64,000 nt of DNA from Maricaulaceae bacterium (GCA_026126205.1 JAHCJP010000008.1:56391-120390), one strand, 5' to 3'; counted from the first letter of the stretch, positions 46,169-55,403 are shown. Program-made: numbers and translations. Notes: generated by a model from the sequence alone, not told the origin.

Positions 46169-46666
46169 TCAGCGGCGCCTTTCCAGCACCCGGAATACGA
46201 AGGCGCAGTCATCCGCCGGGCCGGCCGCATGCGCCTCGCATGTAGCCTCGGTCCAGCCGCCTTCAGCGAAGGACGGGAAATGCGCGTCGCCTTTCGGCTC
46301 GGCCTGCACCTCGGTCAGATACAACCGGTCGGCCAGCGGCAGGGCGGCGGCGTATATCTGCGCCCCGCCGATCACGCACGCTTCCGCCGCCCCGCTTCGC
46401 GACGCATGGTCCAACGCGGCCTTCAGGTTCGTGAAGACGCGCGCGCCCGGCGCGTCATAGCCCGCATCGCGGCTGATCACGATATTCTCCCGCCCCGGCA
46501 GCGGGTGGCGTGGCAGGCTCTCCCAGGTCCGCCGGCCCATGATCACCGGCTTGCCCGTCGTCACCCGTTTGAAGATCGCCAGGTCGGATTTCAGCCGCCA
46601 CGGCAGCCCGCCCGCGCGGCCGATGACGCCGTTGCGCGCCCGCGCGGCGACCAGAGTGATTTTCAT
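46169..46666 (-). CDS. folA: Dihydrofolate reductase
   Basis: MKITLVAARARNGVIGRAGGLPWRLKSDLAIFKRVTTGKPVIMGRRTWESLP is present. The upstream extension in the track ORF is rejected. Confidence 0.9.
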   Translation of the reverse strand: MKITLVAARARNGVIGRAGGLPWRLKSDLAIFKRVTTGKPVIMGRRTWESLPRHPLPGRENIVISRDAGYDAPGARVFTNLKAALDHASRSGAAEACVIGGAQIYAAALPLADRLYLTEVQAEPKGDAHFPSFAEGGWTEATCEAHAAGPADDCAFVFRVLERRR

Positions 46667-46898
46667 CCGTCCAGCCTCGCCCGTTTGCGCCATGATGTGC
46701 TCAGTCATTTTGCGCCCCGGTGTTGGCACGGATTCGCAGCCGTCGCGAGCGCGGTATCAGGCGCATGAACAAATCGTAATGTGCTGCTTTTTTGTAACCA
46801 TCTATCATATCAAAAGAATTTGATCGGGCCGCAGGGTTTGTTTTCTGGGCCGCCGCCGATAGGCTTGAACCAGCCAAGAATTCTGAGGGGAAATCGCG

Positions 46899-47204
46899 AT
46901 GAAACTGCATGCACTGCTCGCCGCCGGCCTTCTGATCGGCGTATCCGCCTGCGCCACCACCAATGGCCAGACGTCCGCACCTGCCGCCGAAGCCGCCCCC
47001 GTGCGCACCGCCGAGGCCGACCCCGCCGCCGACCGCGATTATGACCCGGACCGCATCCGCTGTGAGAACCAGCAAGTTCTGGGCAGCCGCCTGCCCGCCC
47101 GCCGCGTCTGCCGGACCGAGGCGGAATGGCGCGCCTTGCGCGAAGGCTCTCAGGAAGCCGTGCGTGAAATCCAGCGCATGCCGATCCCTGAGACCAGCAA
47201 CTAG
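46899..47204 (+). CDS. Small lipoprotein, function unknown
   Basis: The signal and lipobox read MKLHALLAAGLLIGVSAC. There is a C-terminal Cys pair (RCENQQ...RRVCRTEAEW). A strong terminator follows. Confidence 0.65.
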   Translation: MKLHALLAAGLLIGVSACATTNGQTSAPAAEAAPVRTAEADPAADRDYDPDRIRCENQQVLGSRLPARRVCRTEAEWRALREGSQEAVREIQRMPIPETSN

Positions 47205-47231
47205 AACACCCGGCTGGCTCGTTCCGGCCAC

Positions 47232-47273
47232 AAGCGCCTCTGGCGGATACCGTCAGAGGCGCTTCGTATTTGT
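47232..47273 (+). terminator. Rho-independent terminator after the lipoprotein gene
   Basis: AAGCGCCTCTG (47232-47242) pairs with CAGAGGCGCTT (47254-47264) in a perfect 11-bp stem with an 11-nt loop. CGTATTTGT follows. Confidence 0.7.
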
Positions 47274-47306
47274 CATTGATGTTTCACAATTCAGCTGCGC
47301 CAGCCG

Positions 47307-48161
47307 TTAGACCGCCACCGGCGCCTTGATGGCCGGGTGCGGATCATACCCCTCCAGCATTATGTCTTCATACTCGAAGGCGAACAGGTCGTCCGCTCCT
47401 TCCCTGAGATGCAGGGCCGGCAGGGAGCGGGGGCTGCGCGACAGCTGTTCCTCCACCTGTTCGCGGTGGTTCAGATAGATATGGGCGTCGCCGAATGTGT
47501 GGATGAACTCACCGGGCTGAAGCCCCGTCACATGCGCCACCATGTGGGTCAGCAGGGCGTAGCTGGCGATGTTGAACGGCACGCCCAGGAACATGTCGGC
47601 GCTGCGCTGGTAAAGCTGGCAGGACAGGCGGCCTTCGGAGACGTTGAACTGATACAGCGTGTGACAGGGCGGCAAGGCCATGTGCGGCACGTCGGCCGGA
47701 TTCCAGCCCGAGACGATCAGCCGCCGCGAGGCCGGGTTGCGCCGGATCTCGGCCAGAATATTGGAAAGCTGGTCGATCTCAGACCCGTCCGGACCCTGCC
47801 AGCGCCGCCATTGCTTGCCGTAGACGGGGCCGAGATCGCCGCGCGAGTCGGCCCATTCGTCCCAGATCGTCACCCCCCGCTCCTGCAGCCAGCGCACATT
47901 GGTCTCGCCGCGCAGGAACCACAGAAGCTCGATGGCGACGGACTTGAAATGCACCTTCTTGGTGGTCAGCAGCGGAAAGCCGTGCGCGAGGTCGCAGCGG
48001 ATCTGGCGGCCGAAAACGCTGATCGTGCCGATGCCCGTCCGGTCGTCCTGCCGCGCGCCGGCGTGCAGAATGTCGCGCAGCAGGTCCAGATACGCCGTTT
48101 CGATGGCCGAGGGCGCGGCCTCCAGGCTCGCCACTTGCTCGACATGTTGCGCCTGACCCAT
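47307..48161 (-). CDS. thyA: Thymidylate synthase
   Basis: [12 protein letters not shown] and [13 protein letters not shown] (catalytic Cys) are present, with a C-terminal APVAV. The start is taken at MGQAQH (48161). Confidence 0.95.
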   Translation of the reverse strand: MGQAQHVEQVASLEAAPSAIETAYLDLLRDILHAGARQDDRTGIGTISVFGRQIRCDLAHGFPLLTTKKVHFKSVAIELLWFLRGETNVRWLQERGVTIWDEWADSRGDLGPVYGKQWRRWQGPDGSEIDQLSNILAEIRRNPASRRLIVSGWNPADVPHMALPPCHTLYQFNVSEGRLSCQLYQRSADMFLGVPFNIASYALLTHMVAHVTGLQPGEFIHTFGDAHIYLNHREQVEEQLSRSPRSLPALHLREGADDLFAFEYEDIMLEGYDPHPAIKAPVAV

Positions 48162-48325
48162 TCCGTGCGCCTCCTCGGCGGCAAACGTGCTGCGATTCGC
48201 AAGCCCGTCATCGTGCCTGATTCGCCTTTCCACAGCTTGCTTCGCCCACGCCGTCATTTTCCCCCTTGCCCGCCGCGCGCCGCGCGCTAGATTGCCGGCA
48301 AGGCTGGAACATATGGAGAACGTAA

Positions 48326-48700
48326 ATGATCGGCTATGTGACCCTTGGAACCAACGATCTTGAGCGCGCGGCGAAGTTCTACGACGCCATCTGCGCCGAA
48401 TTCGGCGTCGGACGGATGATGGAGTTCGACACCTTCATCGCCTGGGGCAAGCCCGGCGGCGGCTGCGGCGTCGCCGCCACCAAACCCCATGATGGCCAGC
48501 CCGCCACTGTCGGCAACGGCGTCATGGCCGCCTTCGAGTGCGACAGCCCGGAAATGGTCGACCGCGTCTATAAGAAGGCTATCGAACTGGGCGCGCAGGA
48601 CGAGGGTGCGGCCGGCCCCCGCTTCGACGGCTTTTACGCCGGCTATTTCCGCGACCCGGACGGCAACAAGCTGAACGCCTTCTGCATGACGCAGGGTTAG
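48326..48700 (+). CDS. VOC (glyoxalase/bleomycin-resistance) family protein
   Basis: [20 protein letters not shown]...[11 protein letters not shown] is present. The protein is 124 aa. Confidence 0.85.
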   Translation: MIGYVTLGTNDLERAAKFYDAICAEFGVGRMMEFDTFIAWGKPGGGCGVAATKPHDGQPATVGNGVMAAFECDSPEMVDRVYKKAIELGAQDEGAAGPRFDGFYAGYFRDPDGNKLNAFCMTQG

Positions 48701-48761
48701 GGCCGGCGCCCGCTCCGCTCGGTCACCTTTCATTCAGCCGTGTGTGCGCTATATTAAGCGT

Positions 48762-49081
48762 GTCCGCCCTCGGGCGGACTATGACGATAAACGCGCGCGT
48801 AATAACCGGACTGGACCCGGGTGCGATGCCCGGCGGCTCCACCAACACCTTTCTCCCATTGGGGAGACTTATGGGGCCGAAACAGGATCGACAGACGGGT
48901 AAAGGTGTTTGCTTTCGTCCGAATGGGCTCCGTCAAAAGCCCGCTATCAAAGTTGCCAACGACAACTTTGCTGAAGAGGTCGCTCTCGCCGCGTAAGCGG
49001 TGCGAGATATCTCGCTCTAAAGTCCCGGGGCCTTAGCGACCCCGGGCGGGGTCCGGGGGGCGCCTGGCAACAGAAGCCCCC
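48762..49081 (+). ncRNA. ssrA: Circularly permuted (two-piece) tmRNA gene: acceptor piece about 48762-48844, spacer 48845-48872, coding piece about 48873-49081
   Basis: The tag reading frame GCC AAC GAC AAC TTT GCT GAA GAG GTC GCT CTC GCC GCG TAA (48955-48996) encodes ANDNFAEEVALAA. The tmRNA 5' end GGGGCCGAAACAGGATCGAC is at 48873. The T-arm CCGGG-TGCGATG-CCCGG and CGGCTCC-A-CCA (ending at 48844) lie upstream of that 5' end. The 5' GGGGCCG pairs with CGGCTCC, including the G3:U70 alanine identity pair. The outer ends of the two pieces are estimated from terminal hairpins, not determined. Confidence 0.85.
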
Positions 49082-49193
49082 CACTTCATCCTGCCCTGCC
49101 CTTCCCTTCCCTGACATTTTCCGACATTCGCGCCTGCACCCTCGTGCGCCGCGCGCAGCTCTGGCAAGTTTCGCCAAACGCCGGAGCGCGCCC

Positions 49194-50588
49194 ATGCGTC
49201 TGTTGACCGCCATTCTGCTGTTCGCTCTCGTCGCGCACGCCGCGGCGCAGGATGATAGTGTGCCTGCTCTGAACGCCGCCGGGACGGCGGCGATGGAGGC
49301 CGGCCGGCATGACGAGGCGGCGGAGCATTTCGGTCGCGCCTTGCAGGCCATGGAAGCGTATGGCGGTTATAGTCACGCCGCGATGATCATCGTCGGCGAC
49401 AACCGCGCCGTCGCCCTGTTCGCCGCTGGACGCGCAGCCGAGGGCGCGGCGGCCTTCGCGGCGCTGAACGCCCGGCGTGACGCGATGGACGAGGCCGACC
49501 CCGCCGGGCATGCGCGCTATATCCAGAACCGGGCCAACGACTACCGGGCGCTGAACCGCAACGCAGAGGCCGCCGCCCTGCTCGCCCGTCTGGCGGCGCT
49601 GCAGCGCGACCACCTGCCGGAACAGCGAAACGAAGCCGCGGACACGCTGGCGATGGCGGCGTTTCTGGCCGACGCCGCCGGGAACTATGCATACGCCGTC
49701 GAACTATACCGCGCCCTTGTAAGCCTGCGTACCGAACTGCACGGGCCGGAGCATCCGCAAAGCCTCGCCGACAGGGGCAATCTCGGCCTCGCCCTGCACC
49801 GCGCCGGCGAAAACGCCGAGGCCCGCGCCGTTCTGGAAAACCTGCTGCCCGCGCTGGCTGACGATGAAGTGCGGGAAAGCTTCATGCTGACCAGTCTCGC
49901 CGCCATCGCCCGCACAGACGAGCGTCATGAGGAGGCCGAGTCGCTTTACCGCCGGGCGCTGGAAATCCGGGAAAATGGCCACGCGCCGGAACAGCTGGCC
50001 GCCGCTCTGAACAATCTGGCCACGGCGCTCTACGACCAGCACCGCGCGCTGGAGGCTGAACCGCTCCACCGCCGCGCGCTGACGATCTATGAGAACATCC
50101 TCGCCGAAAACCATCCGACGCTGGCGCTGGCGCGCATCAATCTCGCCGCGGCGCTGGACGATCTCGGCCGGACCGAAGAAGCCGAAGCGCTCTATCGCGC
50201 CGGGCTGGCGGCGCAGGAAGCGGCCTTCGGGCCGGACCACCCCGCCCTCTCCCCCACGCTGGGCAATCTCGGCATGCTGCGCGCCGCGGCAGGCGATGCG
50301 GCCGAGGCCGCCGCCCTGTTCGCCCGCGTCACGCAGATCCGCCGCGCGCACTATCCGCCCGGCGAGGTTTCCCGGGCGGCGGCTGAGACTGTTCAAGCCC
50401 GCCACATGCTGGCCAGCAGCGGCGACATCGGCGCCGCACTGGCGCTCAGCCGCGCGGCCACCGACGGTCTGATTGAGCGCACGGCGCTGCAGGACGGCCC
50501 GGCGCGAACGCGCGGCATGGGCCGCTTCGCGCGTCATTTCGAGGTGCGGGTCGACGCCCTGTGGGCGGCGGCGCAGGCGGCGGACTGA
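49194..50588 (+). CDS. Secreted tetratricopeptide-repeat (TPR_10/12-like) protein
   Basis: The signal peptide is MRLLTAILLFALVAHAAAQ. Repeats of the form A..LNNLA..Y....R..EAE.LYRRAL follow. Confidence 0.8.
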   Translation: MRLLTAILLFALVAHAAAQDDSVPALNAAGTAAMEAGRHDEAAEHFGRALQAMEAYGGYSHAAMIIVGDNRAVALFAAGRAAEGAAAFAALNARRDAMDEADPAGHARYIQNRANDYRALNRNAEAAALLARLAALQRDHLPEQRNEAADTLAMAAFLADAAGNYAYAVELYRALVSLRTELHGPEHPQSLADRGNLGLALHRAGENAEARAVLENLLPALADDEVRESFMLTSLAAIARTDERHEEAESLYRRALEIRENGHAPEQLAAALNNLATALYDQHRALEAEPLHRRALTIYENILAENHPTLALARINLAAALDDLGRTEEAEALYRAGLAAQEAAFGPDHPALSPTLGNLGMLRAAAGDAAEAAALFARVTQIRRAHYPPGEVSRAAAETVQARHMLASSGDIGAALALSRAATDGLIERTALQDGPARTRGMGRFARHFEVRVDALWAAAQAAD

Positions 50589-50592
50589 ATCT

Positions 50593-51708
50593 TCAGGTCA
50601 CCAACCGCCGCATCGCCCATTCCACTGGCCCGCGCGCGAAGCGGCGGCGCCACAAAGTAGCGAAGATGACGGCCAGCACGAAGAAGGCGACGACGCAGGC
50701 CAGCAGCGTCCATTTCGATTCCCAGCTTTCCGGCAGAAACCACTGGATGGCCGTGACACCCACGAACACATGCGCCAGGTACAGCGTCAGCGCCATCTGG
50801 CCGGCGTGGATCACCGGCTGCAGGAAGCGCCGCCGCGCCGCCGAGGCGGTCAGCTTCAGCGACAGGCCCAGAACCGCCATGCCGACGCCAAGGCCGAACA
50901 GGATGTATAGCGGGGCCGGCGGATAGGCCGAGGTTCCGAAAATGTCGGCGACATAGTTAAGCGCGAAGCCGGCGTCTTCGGCGGGGATCGCCTTGACGAA
51001 ACCCAGGCCGATCAAAGCAAAGTTGGCCAGAGCCGCAACGGCGATCAGCGCCGCGCCGCCCAGCATCAGCCGCCACTGGTTGGCGGCGTTTGACAGGTCG
51101 ATGCGCCCCACCGCCATGCCGCAAAGGAAGAAGGCGAACCAGGGCGTGACCGGGTGATGCCCGGTGAAGAACAGGTCCTGTATGGCGTTCGGAACGGTGT
51201 CGAAACGCGGCGAGGCCCAATAGTTCAGGTCCAGCGCCGGCGGCAGCACGAAATACAACGCCACGAACCCTAGCGCCGTCGCCGCGGCCAGCGCCACCAG
51301 CCAGCGCGCGTTCAGCGTGAACACCAGCGCCGCGAACGCCAGGTAGACGCCGTAGAAATGCAGGATGTCATAGCTCCAGCGGGCGCGGAACGAGACCCCG
51401 ACGATGAACAGGAAAGCCGCGCGTTTCAGCAGAGAAAACCGTGCCTTCCGCCGTTCTTCCACTGTGCGTTCGCGACGCCAGCGCATGGTGAGCAGCGATA
51501 CGCCCACCCCGGCCACGAACACGAAGGTGGCGGCGGCGCGGCCGCTGAACAGGCCGATGAATTCGCGTAGCCAGGCCGGATCGGACTCGGCGGCGGAGAT
51601 GTAGATGCCGAAATTCACCACCGTCATGCCGAAAATGGCGATGGCGCGGGCGAGATCTATGCCTTCTAGGCGCGCGGAAGGAGGCGTTGAGACGCCGGCC
51701 TCGGCCAT
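50593..51708 (-). CDS. DUF418/DUF1624-type polytopic membrane protein (YeiB/acyltransferase-like)
   Basis: LEGIDLARAIAIFGMTVVNFG is followed by about 10 TM segments and a C-terminal RRRFARGPVEWAMRRL, which resembles the end of the gene at 18934-20151. Confidence 0.75.
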   Translation of the reverse strand: MAEAGVSTPPSARLEGIDLARAIAIFGMTVVNFGIYISAAESDPAWLREFIGLFSGRAAATFVFVAGVGVSLLTMRWRRERTVEERRKARFSLLKRAAFLFIVGVSFRARWSYDILHFYGVYLAFAALVFTLNARWLVALAAATALGFVALYFVLPPALDLNYWASPRFDTVPNAIQDLFFTGHHPVTPWFAFFLCGMAVGRIDLSNAANQWRLMLGGAALIAVAALANFALIGLGFVKAIPAEDAGFALNYVADIFGTSAYPPAPLYILFGLGVGMAVLGLSLKLTASAARRRFLQPVIHAGQMALTLYLAHVFVGVTAIQWFLPESWESKWTLLACVVAFFVLAVIFATLWRRRFARGPVEWAMRRLVT

Positions 51709-51711
51709 GAC

Positions 51712-52224
51712 CTAGTCCTCCTCGCGCGAGGGACACGGCCGGTTCGATGCCGGACGGATGCGATCCCCGCCCCGCCCACGTCCCACGGGATCGGCGCCGA
51801 ACCCCATGTCGACATCGGTGACGCGCGGGCCGCCGCGCCCGCGCCCGGCGGGATCGGCGCGCGGGCCGCGGTCATCATCGGTGATGCGCGTTTCGCCGCG
51901 TCCCTGTCCCGCCGGGTCGGCGTCGGGCCCGCTGTCGGTATCGCTGACGGCGCCGGTCCCGCGCCCCTGCCCGGCCGGGTCGGCCTCCGGGCCGCTATCC
52001 GTATCGGAGACGCCCTGCGGCCCGCGGCCATAGCCAGCGGGGTCGGCGTTGGCGCCGCGGTCGCTGTCGGTGATTCCGGTGCGGCAGGCCGCGCCCTCGG
52101 CGCTCCAGCGGCGCGGGTGCGCTTGCGCCCCGGCGACCAGAGCCGTCGCCCCGAACGGCAAGATCGCCGCGCCAGCGACGCGCGCCATGAATGAGCGTCT
52201 GGATGGTTTGCGTCCGCCGGCCAT
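51712..52224 (-). CDS. Tat-signal protein composed of five Asp/Gly/Arg-rich repeats of about 20 aa
   Basis: The twin-arginine signal is SRRSFMARVAGAAILPFGATALVAGAQA. Five repeats follow: (I/V)(T/S)DxDxGxxADPxGxGRG at residues 51-153, DNA 51766-52074. Confidence 0.7.
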   Translation of the reverse strand: MAGGRKPSRRSFMARVAGAAILPFGATALVAGAQAHPRRWSAEGAACRTGITDSDRGANADPAGYGRGPQGVSDTDSGPEADPAGQGRGTGAVSDTDSGPDADPAGQGRGETRITDDDRGPRADPAGRGRGGPRVTDVDMGFGADPVGRGRGGDRIRPASNRPCPSREED

Positions 52225-52348
52225 TTCCGCCCCCTGAAACCTGAGATCGGAGCGGCTTCAGCCCGGACTGGCTGGAATCGGCGAAAGCGTCCCCGCCGCC
52301 ACTACAGCGCCTGATCGCGCGAAAACGCAAGCGTCTGTTTTGCAGCGC

Positions 52349-52510
52349 CTATTCCTCTGCCTCTGTCGGCTTCGCGTGCTTGGCGCGGCGTACATAAGCG
52401 CCCTTCTTCGCTGCCATAGGCCCGGCGGGGCGGGCACGGCTGCGCAGGCCCTTGGCCGCGGGATTGCGCGGTTTCGGCGCCTTGCCGGATGGCTTGCGCC
52501 GCTTGATCAT
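52349..52510 (-). CDS. Possible 53-aa highly basic micro-protein (below the ORF-track cutoff)
   Basis: Translated by hand: MIKRRKPSGKAPKPRNPAAKGLRSRARPAGPMAAKKGAYVRRAKHAKPTEAEE. Its ATG overlaps the mscS stop (ATGA at 52507-52510). Confidence 0.35.
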   Translation of the reverse strand: MIKRRKPSGKAPKPRNPAAKGLRSRARPAGPMAAKKGAYVRRAKHAKPTEAEE

Positions 52511-53706
52511 TCCACCTTGTCCCCGCCCGGCGCAGCGAGCGCCCTCGCATGCCGTTGAACCTTCGGCGGCACGAAAACCTCGGCCCCGTCATCCATGTAG
52601 ATGGTCTGCGACGGGAAGGCGAAGCCGGTTCCGGCTTCCTCCACGATGCGCTTGATGGCGAAGGCCAGTTCCTCCTTCAGGCGCAGCCACTCTCCCCAGT
52701 TCGTAGTGATGGTGAAGCAGTAGAGCATGAAGTCGATCGAGGACGGCCCGAAACTGTCCACACGCATGAAGGTCGCCACCTCTGGCGGCTTGGCGAACTC
52801 GGGGTGCTCCAGCACGAAATCCAGCACATGGTCGCGGATGTACTGAAGCTGCGCCGTGGTGGTTTTGTATTCCACGCCGATCACCCAGTAGATGCGGCGA
52901 TGGGTCATGCGGGTGAAATTGGTCACCGCATTGTCGGCCAGGCGCGCGTTGGGCACGTAAACCGGGCTGCGATCAAACCGGCGCACGACCGTGGAGCGGA
53001 AGTTGATCTTCTCCACCGTGCCCTCGACCACGCCGTCGACCTTGATCCAGTCGCCGGGAAGGAAGCGCCGTTCGGTCAGGATCAGGATGCCGGCGATCAG
53101 GTTCTTGAACAGGTCCTGCGCGCCAAGACCCACGGCGACGCCAAACAGGCCGAGGCCGGCGAGGATCGGGCCAACGGGGATGCTCCAGATCTCCAGCACC
53201 GCCGCGGCGCCGACAATGATGAAGATCGCCCGCATCGCCTTGACGATCCAGTCGATCATCACCGGCGTCAGGGCGCGGTTCAGCCCCGGTATCGCTTTCG
53301 ACACCGGGGTGACGGCGTTGTGCAGCGCCCAGAAGATCGTCACCGCGATCAGCGACTGGATGATGCGTTCGCCCGGCGATCCCGGCCCGGCCAGATCCAG
53401 CAGCGACAGGCCGATGAACAGGCCGATGACGACAGGAACCAGCTTGAAAGGTTCGGCGAAGGCGTCGACCAGCGCCTCGTCGATCTTCGTCGGCGTGCGC
53501 CGGGCCAGCCGGCGCAGCAGATTGACCAGCCAGCGCGCCACGACGCCGCGCAGCAACAGGCCGGCGGCCAGCGCCACCAGCGCCATCAGCCCGTCGCCAA
53601 CACTGGCGCCGAAGAAGCTGGTGTTCCACACCGCCACCACCTGCTCCCACAGGCGCGCGGTCAGGTCCGCCGCATCCGCGATCAACTCGTCCGCCTGTTG
53701 CGTCAC
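52507..53706 (-). CDS. Mechanosensitive ion channel (MscS family)
   Basis: GDWIKVDGVVEGTVEKINFRSTVVRRFDRSPVYVPNARLADNAVTNFT is present. I prefer the GTG at 53706, which forms a GTGA overlap with the prfC stop and has AAGGAG 8 nt upstream. The track start at 53748 lies inside prfC. Confidence 0.88.
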   Translation of the reverse strand: MTQQADELIADAADLTARLWEQVVAVWNTSFFGASVGDGLMALVALAAGLLLRGVVARWLVNLLRRLARRTPTKIDEALVDAFAEPFKLVPVVIGLFIGLSLLDLAGPGSPGERIIQSLIAVTIFWALHNAVTPVSKAIPGLNRALTPVMIDWIVKAMRAIFIIVGAAAVLEIWSIPVGPILAGLGLFGVAVGLGAQDLFKNLIAGILILTERRFLPGDWIKVDGVVEGTVEKINFRSTVVRRFDRSPVYVPNARLADNAVTNFTRMTHRRIYWVIGVEYKTTTAQLQYIRDHVLDFVLEHPEFAKPPEVATFMRVDSFGPSSIDFMLYCFTITTNWGEWLRLKEELAFAIKRIVEEAGTGFAFPSQTIYMDDGAEVFVPPKVQRHARALAAPGGDKVE

Positions 53707-55307
53707 CGATTGCGCTCCTTGGCTTTCTGAAAGGCTATATCCGGCCACTTCTCCTCCGAGTAGCCAACCTCCCAGGCGCTCTTGGCCAGGAACACCGGAT
53801 CGCCGTCGATGTCCTCGGCCATGGCGCTCTTGTGGCGGTCGGCGAAGGCCTCGATCTTGTCCGCCGGGCCGGACAGCCAGCGAGCGGTGTCATGGGGGGC
53901 GTTCTCGAACGCCACCTCGACCCCGTATTCCGTCGCCACGCGCTCGGCCATCACCTCGATCTGCAGCTGGCCCACCGCGCCGACGATGAAATCGCCGCCG
54001 ATCACCGGGCGGAACAATTGCGTCACGCCCTCTTCGGCCAGCGATTCCAGCGCCTTCTTCAGGTGCTTGGCCTTCAGCGGGTCTTTCAGCCGCGCCCGGC
54101 GCAGGATTTCCGGGGCGAAGTTCGGAATGCCGGAAAAGCGGATGTTTCCGCTCTCGCTCAGGCTGTCGCCCACCCGCAGCACGCCGTGATTGGGCACGCC
54201 GATCACGTCTCCGGCATAGGCCTCGTCGGCGATCTCGCGGTCCTGGGCGAAGAACAGGATCGGCGCGGCGACGGTCAGCGCCCTGCCCTTGTCGGTCTTC
54301 AGCTTCATGCCGCGTTTGAACTGGCCGGAGGCGAGGCGCAGGAACGCCACCCGGTCACGGTGGTTGGGATCCATGTTCGCCTGCACCTTGAAGATGAAAC
54401 CCGAAACCTCCCTGCCCGCCGGCTCCACCATGCCTTCACGGCCGTTGATCACGGCCTTTTCCGCCTGCGGCCCCGGCGCGTGGGCGGCCAGCGCGTCGAT
54501 CAGCTCCCTGATCCCGAACCGGCGCAGGGCGGAGCCGAAATAAACCGGCGTCATATGGCCTTCACGATAGGCCTGCGGATTGAAAGCCGGGCAGGCCTCG
54601 CGCGCCAGCATCGCGCCCTCGATCAGCGCCCCGGCCTCGGCGGCGTCCATGTGCGCGGCCAGCGCCGCGGCCTCCAGCGGCAGTTGCTGCGCGGGCGGGG
54701 CGGCCTCCTGCCCTTCCTCCGGGCGGCGGTAGGCGAGAAAGCGGTCGGCAGTGAGATCGGCCACGCCCTTGAAGCGCTGGCCAGAGCCGCAGGGCCATTG
54801 CATCGGCGCCGCGTCCAGCGCCAGCTTGTCCTGGATGTCGTCCAGCAGCGCCTCGGGCTCCAGCGCCTCGCGGTCCATCTTGTTGATGAAGGTCAGGATC
54901 GGGATGTCGCGCAGGCGGCAGACCTCGACCAGTTTCAGGGTGCGCGGCTCCACCCCCCGCGCCGCGTCCAGCACCATCACCGCGCTGTCCGCCGCCGTCA
55001 GCGTGCGATAGGTGTCTTCGGAGAAGTCCTCGTGGCCCGGCGTGTCGAGCAGGTTGAACAGCAGCCCGGCGTGTTCATAGGTCATCACCGAGGCGGAGAC
55101 GGAAATCCCCCGCTCCTGCTCTATCTTCATCCAGTCTGACCGCGTGCGGCGGTTCTGGCCGCGGGCGCGCACCTGCCCGGCCGCGCGGATCGACCCCGCG
55201 GCGAGAAGGATGTTCTCGGTCAGCGTCGTCTTGCCCGCGTCAGGGTGCGAGATGATCGCGAATGTGCGGCGGCGGGCCCATTCGCCCGTCTGTGCGTCGG
55301 CGGACAT
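53703..55307 (-). CDS. prfC: Peptide chain release factor 3
   Basis: The GTPase motifs are AIISHPDAGKTTLTE, DTPGHEDF and NKMD. The 534-aa length is typical of RF3. Confidence 0.95.
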   Translation of the reverse strand: MSADAQTGEWARRRTFAIISHPDAGKTTLTENILLAAGSIRAAGQVRARGQNRRTRSDWMKIEQERGISVSASVMTYEHAGLLFNLLDTPGHEDFSEDTYRTLTAADSAVMVLDAARGVEPRTLKLVEVCRLRDIPILTFINKMDREALEPEALLDDIQDKLALDAAPMQWPCGSGQRFKGVADLTADRFLAYRRPEEGQEAAPPAQQLPLEAAALAAHMDAAEAGALIEGAMLAREACPAFNPQAYREGHMTPVYFGSALRRFGIRELIDALAAHAPGPQAEKAVINGREGMVEPAGREVSGFIFKVQANMDPNHRDRVAFLRLASGQFKRGMKLKTDKGRALTVAAPILFFAQDREIADEAYAGDVIGVPNHGVLRVGDSLSESGNIRFSGIPNFAPEILRRARLKDPLKAKHLKKALESLAEEGVTQLFRPVIGGDFIVGAVGQLQIEVMAERVATEYGVEVAFENAPHDTARWLSGPADKIEAFADRHKSAMAEDIDGDPVFLAKSAWEVGYSEEKWPDIAFQKAKERNR

Positions 55308-55403
55308 GCATGCGTCTTTGGCTGGCGGGTCAGGCCCGGCTGCCTAGCCGCTATGGCCGCCCATGGCAAGGCGCGAGGGCGGGGAGCGACGCTCCCGCCC
55401 CCC

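Noticed and set aside
48727-48755. Sigma-70-type promoter for ssrA (TATATT at 48750-48755)
   Set aside because: The -10-like hexamer is good, but the best -35 at proper spacing (CTTTCA) is weak. I cannot support a promoter call without transcript data.
48742-48996. 84-aa ORF from the track (MCAILSVSALGRT...ANDNFAEEVALAA)
   Set aside because: Only the last 13 codons are meaningful, and they are the tmRNA tag frame. The rest of the ORF runs through the tRNA-like acceptor piece and the 5' end of tmRNA. The region is called as ssrA instead.
51766-52074. Periodic repeats of about 60 nt that could be mistaken for a CRISPR array or a non-coding tandem repeat
   Set aside because: The period is in frame within a 170-aa ORF that has a Tat signal. 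The units are contiguous with no unique spacers and diverge mainly at synonymous or conservative positions. They are coding repeats.
53832-55139. 435-aa plus-strand ORF
   Set aside because: It is antisense to prfC, which has GTPase motifs on the minus strand. It is a shadow ORF.
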